A DNA stretch of 64,000 bases from Alphaproteobacteria bacterium (GTDB taxonomy: Bacteria > Pseudomonadota > Alphaproteobacteria > UBA828). Below the pieces are notes generated by a model. That model made no database searches. It was not told the origin of the DNA and saw only the letters and a program-made list of their open reading frames with translations. Of this stretch, positions 18,388 through 28,434 are shown piece after piece. Positions within the stretch are counted from its first letter, which is position 1; each line of letters begins with the position of its first letter. Location: the NCBI GenBank assembly GCA_965221125.1, contig CBDCRW010000004.1, positions 672,001 through 736,000 of the forward strand. Reading direction: 5' to 3'. The translations under genes and the position numbers were made by a program.

Positions 18388-20592
18388 ATGAGATCGGCGC
18401 TCATGAACCTGATGTCCGAGCTGCGCGCGGACGTGCTCTCGGGCAACCTGTTCCCTGCGCTGTCGGTCGGCCTGGTCGTGGGCGTAATCGGCTCGGCATA
18501 CCTGATTTCCGTGGGGGCCCTCGTATTCTCAGGCCCGTTGGCGCCGTTTCTGTCCCAGGGCACGATCATGGTGCTGTTCGGCGGATTCGTCGTCTGCCTG
18601 TGGATCGCCCTGACCAGCGGCTACCGCGGCGCGCTCTCGATGACCGCAGTGCCGTCCTCAATGGTGCTGGTCGTGATCGCGTCCACGATCGGCGTGGAGG
18701 GCGATGCGGTCGCGCGCTTCGTGACCACGGCCACGGTCGTGATCATCGGGGCAGTGGCGACGGGCGTCTGCTTTCTGATCGTCGGGCATTTCCGGCTCGC
18801 CAACCTGATCCGGTTCATCCCCTATTCCGTGGCGGGCGGGTTCATCGCCGGGACGGGGGTCCTGCTGTGCGTGGCCGCCCTGTCGCTGATGGGAGTCACG
18901 TCGGAGAGGCAAACCCTCCCCTCGCTCCTGGAGCCCGACGTGCTGTGGAGATGGGCTCCGGGCGTGGCCTACGGTCTCGGCCTCGCCCTAGCCACGAAAC
19001 GTTGGAGCAATCACTTCATTCTGCCGGCGAGCTTCCTGCTCATCGCCGCGCTCTATCATCTGGTCCTGGCCGGCCTCGGCGTCTCTGGAGATGAAGCCAG
19101 GGCGGCGGGCCTGCTGTTCGCCGGCACGGCGGAAGGAGGCCTGTGGCATCCCTTCCAGTCCGACGACGTGACGCGTGTGGATTGGGCCGCGGTAGTCGCT
19201 CAAGTTCCCAACATCCTGACCCTGATCGTGGTGACCCTGATCGCCGTGGCCATGCACCTGAGCGCCCTCGAGCTGGCAGCGAACCTGGAGCTGGAGTGGA
19301 ACAGGGAGTTCAAGGCGGCAGGCGGGGCCGGGGTGCTCGCCGGCCTGGGCGCCGGTCCGGGTGGAAGCCTGATATTCACGTTCTCGATACTCAGCGACAG
19401 GTTTGGGGCGGAAACGCGGCTGACCGGGGTCGTTACCGCTCTGCTGGTGGGTTCCGTCGTCCTCTTGGGCGACTCGATCCTGAACCTGATCCCCGTGCCG
19501 CTCATCGCAGGGATGTTGCTCTTCCTCGGCCTCGGCCTGCTGGATGAGTGGATCGTGAAAGGCCGCCGGCGGCTGCCCTGGACCGAATACGCGATTCTCC
19601 TGCTGATCGCCGCGACTATCGTCTCCCTGGGTTTTCTCGAGGGGGTGGGCGTCGGAATGCTGATCACCATGGTGTTCTTCGCCGTCCGCCTCAGCCGCGT
19701 GGACCTGGTCGAAGCCAGCTATACCGCCCGTGAGCGTCACAGCAACAGGAGCCGTTCCATTCCCGATCGAGCCATCCTGCGGGCGGAGGGAGAGCGGATA
19801 CAGGCGTACCGGCTGCGCGGATACATCTTCTTCGGCAGCGTCGGCCCCCTGCTGGACCGCCTCAGGCAGTCTCTGGACAACACCCCGAGGCCGGCCTGCA
19901 TCCTGCTGGATTTCGGCGCCGTCTCCGGCTTCGATTTCTCGGCCATCAACGGACTGTGCAGGTTCATGCATGCCGCGCAGGCCGTCGGAGCGCGGGTGGT
20001 TCTGAGCGCCGCATCGGAGAAACTCGAGAACGGACTGGAGCGCAACCTTCCCTCCGCCGTTCACGAAAACCTGCTGTTCGAGGCGGACGCGGATCGTGCC
20101 CTGGAAGGCTGCGAGGACATCGTCCTCGCCGCGTGGCGGTCGGTCCCGGACGCGGACAAGGACTCGGGCGACTCGCTGCTGGAGCGCGTGGTCGGCGACA
20201 TGGAGCGCCATCTCGACCGGCAGGTCGTGTTCGAGGACATGGTCGACGAGCTCCGGGACTGGCTGGAGCCTCGCGACTACGACGCCGGCGAGGCCCTCGT
20301 ATCGATTGGCGAGCCGCAGAAGGGCCTGCAACTGCTGATAAAGGGCCAGGCCTCCGCCTTCGATTCCACGGGCGCGCGGCTGTTTCAATGCGGGCCGGGC
20401 GATGCGGTCGAGCCGAGAGCCGCCTTCGGCGCGCATGCGGCCGAGACCGCCATGATCGCGGACCAGCCCTGCCGAACGATGATGCTGACCCCTGCCGCCC
20501 GGCTGTGGCTGGAAGAGAATGAAGAGCAGCTGATCGTGAAGCTCTATCGCTATCTCCTCACCATCGACTCCCGAGGGCACGGACACGCGTGA
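18388..20592 (+). CDS. SulP-family anion transporter with STAS and cNMP-binding domains
   Basis: Multiple TM helices, IRFIPYSVAGGFIAGTG, LRGYIFFGS/LLDFGAVSGFDFSA (STAS), C-terminal YDAGEALVSIGE (cNMP-like). Confidence 0.9.
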   Translation: MRSALMNLMSELRADVLSGNLFPALSVGLVVGVIGSAYLISVGALVFSGPLAPFLSQGTIMVLFGGFVVCLWIALTSGYRGALSMTAVPSSMVLVVIASTIGVEGDAVARFVTTATVVIIGAVATGVCFLIVGHFRLANLIRFIPYSVAGGFIAGTGVLLCVAALSLMGVTSERQTLPSLLEPDVLWRWAPGVAYGLGLALATKRWSNHFILPASFLLIAALYHLVLAGLGVSGDEARAAGLLFAGTAEGGLWHPFQSDDVTRVDWAAVVAQVPNILTLIVVTLIAVAMHLSALELAANLELEWNREFKAAGGAGVLAGLGAGPGGSLIFTFSILSDRFGAETRLTGVVTALLVGSVVLLGDSILNLIPVPLIAGMLLFLGLGLLDEWIVKGRRRLPWTEYAILLLIAATIVSLGFLEGVGVGMLITMVFFAVRLSRVDLVEASYTARERHSNRSRSIPDRAILRAEGERIQAYRLRGYIFFGSVGPLLDRLRQSLDNTPRPACILLDFGAVSGFDFSAINGLCRFMHAAQAVGARVVLSAASEKLENGLERNLPSAVHENLLFEADADRALEGCEDIVLAAWRSVPDADKDSGDSLLERVVGDMERHLDRQVVFEDMVDELRDWLEPRDYDAGEALVSIGEPQKGLQLLIKGQASAFDSTGARLFQCGPGDAVEPRAAFGAHAAETAMIADQPCRTMMLTPAARLWLEENEEQLIVKLYRYLLTIDSRGHGHA

Positions 20593-20731
20593 CGGCTCAG
20601 TTTCTGAAACCGGAGTGTGGCGTATGCATGCTGCCGGGGCAGCTGGATCTCGGCTGGGATGGATCGTGTCCCGAGGAGTGGTGTAAGAGCGTCGCGCTTT
20701 ACGCGGCATCCGGCGGGTAGGGCCGGGTTAT

Positions 20732-21928
20732 TCAGGCTGCCACAGCGGACAGCTTGATCGTGGGATTGTCGCTCAGGGGAGCGATCGATTCCAGCGTCAT
20801 GTACCTCCTTCCGACGGTCCATTCGTCGTTCTGCTCGAGCAGCACGGCGCCGACGAGGCGGGTGATGGCGTCCTCGTTGGGGAAGATGCCGACGACGTTG
20901 GTGCGTCGCTTGATCTCGCCGTTGACGCGTTCGAGCGGGTTGGTCGAGTGAAGCTTGACCCGGTGCTCCTTGGGGAAGCTCATGTAGGCGAGGACGTCGT
21001 GCTGGGCCTCGTCCATGAGGGCCGCCAGCTTGGAGGCCTTGGGCCTGAGCTGGTCGGCGATCAGGCGCCACTGGGCGGCAGCGGCCTCGGCATCGTCCTG
21101 GGCGAAGGCGGTGGCGACGAAGGCGGAGACGACGCGCCGGCCCTGCTTGCCGGCATGGGCCAGCAGGTTGCGCATGAAGTGGACGCGGCATCTCTGCCAG
21201 GTGGCGCCGAGGATCCGGGTGGTGGCGGCCTTCAGGCCCTTGTGGTCGTCGGAGATCACCAGCTGCACGCCGCGCAGGCCGCGCCTGGTCAGCGAGCGCA
21301 GGAACTCGGTCCAGAAGGTCTCGGCCTCGGAGGCGCCGATCGCCATGCCGAGGATCTCGCGCCGGCCCTGGTCGTTGACCGCGACGGCCACGGTGACCGC
21401 GACCGGGACGATGCGCCCGGCCTCGCGCACCTTCACGTAAGTCGCATCCAGCCAGAGATAGGGCCAGTCGCCTTCGAGCGGGCGGTCGAGGAAGCTGCGG
21501 ATCTTGTCGTCTATCTCCCCGCAAAGGCGCGAGACCTGGCTCTTCGATATCCCGCTCATGCCCATGGCCTGAACCAGTTCGTCGACCGAGCGGGTCGATA
21601 CCCCCTGGATGTAGGCCTCCTGGATCACCGCCGTGAGCGCCTTCTCCGCCGTCCGTCGGGGCTCCAGGAAGCCGGGGAAGTAGCTCCCCTTCCTGAGCTT
21701 CGGAATCTTCAGGTCGACCGTGCCGGCCCGGGTCTCCCAAGGCCGATCGCGGTAGCCGTTGCGCTGGTTGATCCGCTCCGGCGTCCGCGCGCCATGCTCG
21801 GCGCCGGTCAGGCCCTCGACTTCCAGCTCCATAAGGCGCTGCGCAGAGAAGGCGATCATCTCACGCAGCAGATCGGCGTCAGAGCTCTTCTCCAACAGCG
21901 TCCGCAGGGTAAGCTTGTCATCGGTCAT
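20732..21928 (-). CDS. IS256-family transposase
   Basis: [49 protein letters not shown]. Confidence 0.96.
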   Translation of the reverse strand: MTDDKLTLRTLLEKSSDADLLREMIAFSAQRLMELEVEGLTGAEHGARTPERINQRNGYRDRPWETRAGTVDLKIPKLRKGSYFPGFLEPRRTAEKALTAVIQEAYIQGVSTRSVDELVQAMGMSGISKSQVSRLCGEIDDKIRSFLDRPLEGDWPYLWLDATYVKVREAGRIVPVAVTVAVAVNDQGRREILGMAIGASEAETFWTEFLRSLTRRGLRGVQLVISDDHKGLKAATTRILGATWQRCRVHFMRNLLAHAGKQGRRVVSAFVATAFAQDDAEAAAAQWRLIADQLRPKASKLAALMDEAQHDVLAYMSFPKEHRVKLHSTNPLERVNGEIKRRTNVVGIFPNEDAITRLVGAVLLEQNDEWTVGRRYMTLESIAPLSDNPTIKLSAVAA

Positions 21929-21999
21929 CGTGGTTCTCCTTAGGCTCGGGTCGATTCGGATTCACCCAAACCCTAAACCGGAACCGCGATGGCCACCCC

Positions 22000-22068
22000 G
22001 CTGTGGATAACCGGCTTGGCGCCACCAGACTCGAGGGCGGTCGCGGCGCCAAGCCGGTTACCCACAGC
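22000..22068. other. Hairpin in IS256 leader
   Basis: GCTGTGGATAACCGGCTTGGCGCC ... GGCGCCAAGCCGGTTACCCACAGC, 23/24 paired. Confidence 0.75.
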
Positions 22069-22864
22069 TACCGGGGGTAGCGGGAGCTCCTACACCACGT
22101 CTGGGGACACAACCCTGGGATGCGCGAGGGCGCGGTCGATCTATGTGGAACCCGAACGCTGATGACATCTGGCGGTTCCGTTAGCTGCAGCGGACTTCGC
22201 TGCGAGCCGGACCAACGGCCCCGCCGGCGGCAATCGCTTTCGGCCTCGTGAGCGCGCTCCCGGCATCTGACGGTGGTGTAATCAGACCATTTGATGGGCC
22301 TCAAGCGGCCCATCCGGGCGAGCCAGCACGGAGGATCGGGTTGCCAGCCGAAACGCTGAAGCGGAACGGGCACGGCCTACCACGGATGGTCACAAAGGAC
22401 CGCGACAGTGCGTGAGAACTGCGGAACGTGAGGGGTATCCACTACCGGGTGTGGGCCGCGATGCGCAAGTCGGTAGACTGACTGCAGATGTGGCGGTAGC
22501 CGTCGAGCGTCGCGTTGATCCGCGACGAGGCTAACGGCGCCGATTGCAAGCTTCCTTACATCAGATATTTAGTCTGATCCCGATCATGGTCAGGAGATGG
22601 CCTGAGAGATCACGAGATAGATTATTCGGGGTGTGCGCCGCCATCTCCCGGTCGGGAGGGGGCTGGAGGAGTCTCCTGGTTCCATCATCGAAGTACCTAT
22701 AGGGTACCGACCAACTCTCGGGAAATCGGGCGGGCGATAATCGAGAAATTGGGAAATCAAGAGAGTCAATGCGGGGATTTCTGAACAAGCTAGGAACATG
22801 TTTTACTTTTCAATGACCCACATTGCATTGCGGGCTTGGGAAAGAGCAGTGAGGAAGAGTCAGA

Positions 22865-23689
22865 ATGAAGAAGATCCTATCGGGCCGTCAACTGGAGCGT
22901 ACAGTCGCCGTGCTGCTGGAGAAGTCCGATTGGACCGTGGAAGTCCAGAGAGCTTGCCATGGTTTGCTGGTCGATATCTGGGCATCAGACAAGCACGGTG
23001 AAAATCTCATTGTAGAGTGCAAAGCTTATCGAAAGCTCTTAGGTGTCGCTACTGCACGTCAGTTTGTAGCCGCTGTCAGTGTGCTCCGTCAGGAGCAACC
23101 CACACTGGAAGCATGGTTGGTTACGATCTCCGGGTTTACACCGAACGCTCTTGCACTGCTTACGCGATACAACATCACGGGCATGACGCTTGAGGAGGTG
23201 TTCGCGAGACTTGGCAAGAATAGGGAAGAGCTGAAGATAGAGGACGTAGACTTAAGAAAGGAAGATAGCCAAGCGTATTCAGGCAGTACGCGAGTGTTTG
23301 TTATCATGCCGTTCAGCGATGATATGTTGGATGTGTTCATTTTGGGCATTCGTTCCGTTACTGAGAAGCTTGACATGGTTGCTAAACGAGCAGATGACAT
23401 TGATCACAGTGGCCAAATCATTGAAGAAATTCAATCTGCAATTCGAGAGTACGATATTGTTATTGGAGATACTTCAGGTGCGAATCCAAATGTCTGTTAC
23501 GAGGTTGGATTTGCGCACGGAGTGGGTAAGCAATGTATCCTAATTTGTAAGAAGGGGAATAAGCTTCCGTTCGATCTTCAGGGGATGAACCATCTCATCT
23601 ACAAGAATATTCTCGATCTTCGGCCCCAGCTTGAAAACAAACTGAAACAAGTCAGGGAGCACACCGATGGTGGGGAAAAGAAACCTTGA
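22865..23689 (+). CDS. Mrr-like restriction endonuclease domain fused to nucleoside 2-deoxyribosyltransferase-like domain
   Basis: N-term VDIWA..IVECKAY..LVTISGFT; C-term VFVIMPF..RADD..ANPNVCYEVGFAHG..LPFDL; low GC. Confidence 0.75.
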   Translation: MKKILSGRQLERTVAVLLEKSDWTVEVQRACHGLLVDIWASDKHGENLIVECKAYRKLLGVATARQFVAAVSVLRQEQPTLEAWLVTISGFTPNALALLTRYNITGMTLEEVFARLGKNREELKIEDVDLRKEDSQAYSGSTRVFVIMPFSDDMLDVFILGIRSVTEKLDMVAKRADDIDHSGQIIEEIQSAIREYDIVIGDTSGANPNVCYEVGFAHGVGKQCILICKKGNKLPFDLQGMNHLIYKNILDLRPQLENKLKQVREHTDGGEKKP

Positions 23690-23784
23690 AGTGGAAGTTG
23701 CGTGGAATGCTACCATGGCCACCACATTGTTGAGGGGCGGCCGCCGTCGACCAAACGGGACAGAGCATAATTGGAGCATCGGAA

Positions 23785-24135
23785 ATGCCTGAGAATAGCG
23801 GCAATAGCGCGTGGCTTGTGACTTGGGAAAACGCTGGCCAGGACAATCGTTCGGTGGAATTGGTATTACCCGATGAACTGCCGGTGGAGCGAGTGAAGTG
23901 GTTGGTTCAAGAGTTGTATCTTGCCAAGACGGCATCAGACGCCGAGAAGCACGATTCAGGTCTCAATCGACGCGTTGCTTATCCTGCGGAAATATCGAAA
24001 ACGAAACGAGGCAATGATCACATTGTGTGCGGCCATAACCCCTATTTGTTGGCCCGGCGCGTCGAAGGTCTGAGCCTCCAGACGGATGATGACGGGGAGA
24101 GGGCCGAATACCTGGTTTGGACCGAGCTTCATTAG
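23785..24135 (+). CDS. Hypothetical protein
   Basis: 116-aa ORF with GGAG RBS, co-oriented with neighbours. Confidence 0.55.
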   Translation: MPENSGNSAWLVTWENAGQDNRSVELVLPDELPVERVKWLVQELYLAKTASDAEKHDSGLNRRVAYPAEISKTKRGNDHIVCGHNPYLLARRVEGLSLQTDDDGERAEYLVWTELH

Positions 24136-24177
24136 CACGACCTCACCAGCGCTCCTTAGCAGATTCGCGCAGCGCAC

Positions 24178-25005
24178 GTGACAACCCCTGACAGGAAGGT
24201 GCTCACGGTGACAAAGCCGGACAGGGTGTTCAAAGACCCGTTGTATATGACGGCGTGGCTGGAAGTCGCTTTGGAAAAAGAGCAGGAGAAATACAAAAAG
24301 TGCCCGATCGTGCCGGACATGGCTCCCGGCCACAACGAGGCACAGGCCTGGGGATACATTGTCACCGGGTACTTCCTGGCCGAACAGTCGTTGAAGGCGC
24401 TTCTGTACCTGCGTGAAAAGGAGGCGCCGAAGATGCATCCGCTGTCGACGCTATTCGCTTCGCTTGATGACAACGACAAAGAGATCCTCCGTGAGTTCTA
24501 CAGCGATTACCGAGCGACGGTCGGCGGGATCAGGGGAGAGTTCCGATTCGGCTCTCTCGATGAGTTCCTGGTCAACCTCGACGGCGACATGGGGTCGAAT
24601 CAGGGTTCCCTGGCGTGGCGGTACTACCTCATCGAAGAGGTCCCCGAGATGCCGTATGTCAGCGTGGATTACCTGCACGAGGTGGTGTTCGGATGCACCA
24701 AAATTGTCGAACACGCGAGGAACGGCCGGTTCGATCCTGTCCGATACACCCATAGTTGGCGTTTGCGATGGAAGCGCAAGAGGACATATGGCGCCTGGCT
24801 GCGCGGCCGGATGGGCTCCGCCGGGTGGGACGAGCTCGAGGACAGGCTGGAAATACTCTGGGGGCCGGATTATCGCGGGCGGCACGATTTATGGCTTTTC
24901 GAAGGTACGGGAATGACCGCAAGTTTTTCAACGATCCCCGAGTGCAGCGGCGTTGCGGTCGTCGACAAGCGTGAAGATATTATGGCCCTTCTTTCGCGCG
25001 CTTGA
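24178..25005 (+). CDS. Hypothetical protein, possible HEPN-like fold
   Basis: AEQSLKALL....HPLSTLF and WRYY segments resemble HEPN families. Confidence 0.5.
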   Translation: MTTPDRKVLTVTKPDRVFKDPLYMTAWLEVALEKEQEKYKKCPIVPDMAPGHNEAQAWGYIVTGYFLAEQSLKALLYLREKEAPKMHPLSTLFASLDDNDKEILREFYSDYRATVGGIRGEFRFGSLDEFLVNLDGDMGSNQGSLAWRYYLIEEVPEMPYVSVDYLHEVVFGCTKIVEHARNGRFDPVRYTHSWRLRWKRKRTYGAWLRGRMGSAGWDELEDRLEILWGPDYRGRHDLWLFEGTGMTASFSTIPECSGVAVVDKREDIMALLSRA

Positions 25006-25006
25006 G

Positions 25007-25254
25007 CCGTGGTTCCATCGACTGGCGATCCGGAAGGCCCCGGAGCGGCCCGACCGGGTGGCGTCGACGGCCCGCTCGGCGTCGCCGGCCGCGGCGAGGA
25101 TGCGCCGGGCATGGCCGAGAGCGGTCTCGCCGAGCGGGGTGAGCCGCACCCCGTCGGGCAAGCGCTCGAACAGGCGACCGCCGAGACGCGCCTCGAGCCG
25201 GGCGATGTCGCGGGTGAGGGTGGGCTGGGTGACGTTGCAGCGCTCGGCGGCCAA
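25007..25254 (-). pseudogene. LysR-type regulator HTH fragment
   Basis: AAERCNVTQPTLTRDIARLEARLGGRLFER..GVRLTPLG; truncated at both ends. Confidence 0.8.
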
Positions 25255-25506
25255 GCCGATCCTGCCGGTCCCCTGCGCAGCTCATCGAGCTCTTGCCGCG
25301 CCGTCTCCGCATCCGCCCGCGCCGCGTCTTCTGTCTCGGAGAGACCGCCGCATCCCGCGAGCGCAACCACCGCCGCCGCTGCCACGCACCCCGCCGACAG
25401 CCGCAAATCCCGCATTGACACTCGCACCGGCACCGACAATGCTCCGACGCGGTGCCGGAAGGCTCAAAGGACGGCTGCGAGCATCTCGCGCCCCCGCAAC
25501 CAACAA

Positions 25507-25539
25507 AAACGCCGCTGAGACAATATCTTAGCGGCGTTT
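25507..25539. terminator. Hairpin, possible bidirectional terminator
   Basis: AAACGCCGCTGAGA-CAATA-TCTTAGCGGCGTTT. Confidence 0.5.
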
Positions 25540-25855
25540 CTGATTCTTCGCAGTTTCTTCCGAAATGGGTTTCGGAATGTCCTCGGAGCGGACTTTAAGA
25601 GTACTCCAGGCACCTCTAGGCATCTCCCGACGTGTAACCTTTCGGGCTAGCCGAGGAGGAGCCGAGGAGCCCAGATCAGCGGCGATCCGCTGTCCACTCC
25701 GAACCACATAGTGGGCTGTTGCTGCTCTAATCGAAGTTCCAAGGTTCCGAGACTGACAGGTGCAGTCTCACTGGGAGCGCGTCGAAGGCGACGATGCGAT
25801 ACCCTGCCACCACAATCGAAGCAGATCGGCAGGCAGCTCTGGGGAGTGCAACAAA

Positions 25856-25885
25856 TTCGGGACGCGTTCGGGAGACGTTCGGGGA
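25856..25885. repeat. Three TTCGGG repeats at 11-bp spacing (arm-site-like)
   Basis: TTCGGG begins at 25856, 25867 and 25878. Confidence 0.55.
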
Positions 25886-25941
25886 CTGCGTGCTCGTTGC
25901 AGTATTACAGTCCCGCATCTGTTCATGAAGGAGGCGTAATC

Positions 25942-26679
25942 ATGGCTACGATGGATCGGGACTCTGAATTCGTTGCGGAAACACTTCGCGCGTTCCGCAA
26001 GGCCCGCGGCTGGACCCAAGAGAATCTGGCCCACGCGGCAGGACTTAGTGTACGCACCATCGAGAAGGTGGAAAGCGGCAGACACTGTCCAAATGAGCAA
26101 ACGCTACGCTGCATCGCCCGAGCGTTGGGCGTGGATATAGGGTCTTTCGACAAGACTTCGCCGGAGGAAAAGAGCCATGTGAGAGAACAGATAGAACGCT
26201 TGATTAGAAAGACTTTACTGATTTCAGTTAGGCCTGTACGCACACCATCGGAATTTCTGAGTGTTTTCGACCAGCGCCATGCGTTTCGCTTCGATTACTC
26301 CGAGGTTACGGACGAAGAAGACGTCGACACGGTCGCCGAGATGATCGATTGGATCTCCGACCTCTGTGACGTTTGGGTTGAATGCTCAATGTCACAAAGA
26401 TTGGAATACGCGAGTAGTTTCGTCGACCTGTGCAAGAGGCTCGAGGAAAAGAAGTATTACTGCTACATGGGCCATCATAGGCAACAAGAATGTGTTGGAG
26501 GCAAGCGTGGCATGATTTTCGAGGTAGGTGTCATGTCGATACGTCCCATGGACGAGTTAGAAAAGGAGCAATGTCTGATGGTTCAACTTGAAGACGATTG
26601 GGAGACACTGGTGCAAGATCGACCATCACTGGATCAGATTCTCAGGGGAACCGCTTTCCATGAAGAGGCCGCCTCGTAA
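25942..26679 (+). CDS. XRE-family HTH protein with uncharacterised C-terminal domain
   Basis: AAGGAGG RBS; LRAFRKARGWTQENLAHAAGLSVRTIEKVESG. Confidence 0.85.
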   Translation: MATMDRDSEFVAETLRAFRKARGWTQENLAHAAGLSVRTIEKVESGRHCPNEQTLRCIARALGVDIGSFDKTSPEEKSHVREQIERLIRKTLLISVRPVRTPSEFLSVFDQRHAFRFDYSEVTDEEDVDTVAEMIDWISDLCDVWVECSMSQRLEYASSFVDLCKRLEEKKYYCYMGHHRQQECVGGKRGMIFEVGVMSIRPMDELEKEQCLMVQLEDDWETLVQDRPSLDQILRGTAFHEEAAS

Positions 26680-26701
26680 CACAGAGTGCAACCCGAATAT
26701 C

Positions 26702-27152
26702 GGCGAATGACGATCCTCTGAGCCCGAACTCCAACGCCCCGTCGCCGGCAGCCCCCGGCCACGACAGCCTCGGACGTTGGGCCCATCGTCGCCGCGCCCA
26801 CGCCGCGGTTTGGTGCCGCCTCCACGACCACCGACACGAACCGGCCGGCTCGCGAAACAGCTGTCGCCACTTGAACACCTGATTGACGTTGACGTCGTAA
26901 CGCTGCGCGACCACCGCCACCGAAACCCTGGGCTCATAGGTCTCCGCCACGATCTGCCGCTTCTTTCCCTCGCTCCACCGACGACGGCGACGAACCCGCC
27001 CGCCATCCTCCGCGCCCGCCTCTTCCTCTCCAACTGACATCATCAGGTGTCCACCAAGAAATAAGTGGACACTCAGGAAGCGCCCGCTTCCCGATCGCTA
27101 AATCTGCCGAAGCTCACGCGACCGGAACAGGCGGCCTACACCGGATGGTTGC
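26702..27152 (-). pseudogene. IS66 relic (frameshifted tnpA plus degenerate left end)
   Basis: RRRRRWSEGKKRQIVAETYEP.VSVAVVAQRYDVNVNQVFKWR; GCAACCATCCGG on the minus strand at 27152 resembles an IS66 GTAA end. Confidence 0.7.
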
Positions 27153-27176
27153 GGCTAGGGCTCTCTTTGCCATCGA

Positions 27177-27626
27177 TCAAACCCTCCCCTCCTTTCGCAG
27201 GGCGATCAGCACGTCCGCAAGCTTCCCTAGTCGCCGAAGTACCAAGGGGTCGGTTAGCTTCGCCACAAACTCGTCGCGTTCGACTTCGCTATCCGCTTCT
27301 ACAGGCATAGTTTGAGATCCGTTCTGACGTTCAAGGAAATTCGCTGGGAGCGTGACGCAATCTGCGGTGCCTACCTGTGCGACTGTCTCCGCTATTAGAG
27401 CGGTCGTGTCTATACATCGGTGTAGCGGCAACTCTTCGGATTGACGCGACCAGCGATCGCCGGTGTGCCGAAGTATCTTTACCGAGAGCTGGCGTGGATC
27501 ATACTGTGCCCACCCCAAGCTCAAGTACCGACAGTCGGTCCGGTGCTCAGGGCGGTGGCCGTCATGCTGCGCGTAGTCGAGCAAGACGACAGGGCGATGC
27601 TTTAGAGTCCGAGGATTTGGAGGCAT
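27177..27626 (-). CDS. DUF6530-like protein (~149 aa)
   Basis: TLKHRPVV..LSLGWAQY..WSRQSEELPLHR. Confidence 0.7.
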   Translation of the reverse strand: MPPNPRTLKHRPVVLLDYAQHDGHRPEHRTDCRYLSLGWAQYDPRQLSVKILRHTGDRWSRQSEELPLHRCIDTTALIAETVAQVGTADCVTLPANFLERQNGSQTMPVEADSEVERDEFVAKLTDPLVLRRLGKLADVLIALRKEGRV

Positions 27627-27874
27627 GGTCGAATTCCTGTCAGTGCCGTCACTAATATCAGTAAACGCAGTGCGCTTGTCAAGGGCGAGGTAGGGGACTC
27701 GGCTCGTCTGGGGATCAATCAAGAATTGTGATTCGGCGGCTCGGAGGAAGTCGGTCCGAGACGCTACCTCTGCGCTCGGCCCCATGCGGGGTCCCAGCGC
27801 CTCGCGCCGTCCTTCAGTGTCGGCGCCGCCATTTCTTGCGAAAATGGCCGGCTGCGTGCCACCGAGGAGTAGCT

Positions 27875-28432
27875 ATGCCATCAGCGAAACAGGGGAATGC
27901 CGCTACCGGAATGGATACAAGGCTGATGTGTGAGCTGCTCGGACAGGCGGCGGTCAACGACGATGGCAAGCTTCAATTGCTCCGCGAAACGGCCGCCGAT
28001 CCCGGGGTCGCGGCATTGCTCAGATTCCTGGTCGACCAGCGCTGGCTCAGGGAAGACGGCCCCGGGGCTTGGATCGTCACCCCAGCCGGCCGTTTCTGGT
28101 TCCAGAGCCTCGACTACGGCGACACTGTGAAGTTCCACGAGTATGGGGGCGCGGTGTTCCTGCTCCAAGTCAGATTGAACCACGGCGAGACCATCGTCTG
28201 GCACAAGGGCCGGTTCGCCACCATCAACATCGAATTCATACCCCAGCCGGAGCACTTCGAGATCAGGAGAGAGAACGAGTCGACGACCACATCCGGCGGG
28301 GTGGGCATGCGGGAGGCACTGGCCGTGGCGTGCGGGCTCCTGGCGGAGAATCTGGAATCGCCGCAGCCGCCCCAGCCGCCTCAGCGGGAGGAGCTCCGGC
28401 TGCACATGCTGGACTACCTGGAGCGGTTGTGA
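27875..28432 (+). CDS. Hypothetical protein (~185 aa)
   Basis: GAGGAG RBS before ATG 27875; coding-like composition. Confidence 0.55.
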   Translation: MPSAKQGNAATGMDTRLMCELLGQAAVNDDGKLQLLRETAADPGVAALLRFLVDQRWLREDGPGAWIVTPAGRFWFQSLDYGDTVKFHEYGGAVFLLQVRLNHGETIVWHKGRFATINIEFIPQPEHFEIRRENESTTTSGGVGMREALAVACGLLAENLESPQPPQPPQREELRLHMLDYLERL

Positions 28433-28434
28433 AC

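Larger units (their letters stand above)
20662..22114 (-). mobile_element. IS256-family insertion sequence
   Basis: Imperfect TIRs (GATCGTGTCCC...GTGGTGTA / TACACCAC...GGGACACAACC); 8-bp CTGGGATG duplication at 20654-20661 and 22115-22122. Confidence 0.93.
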
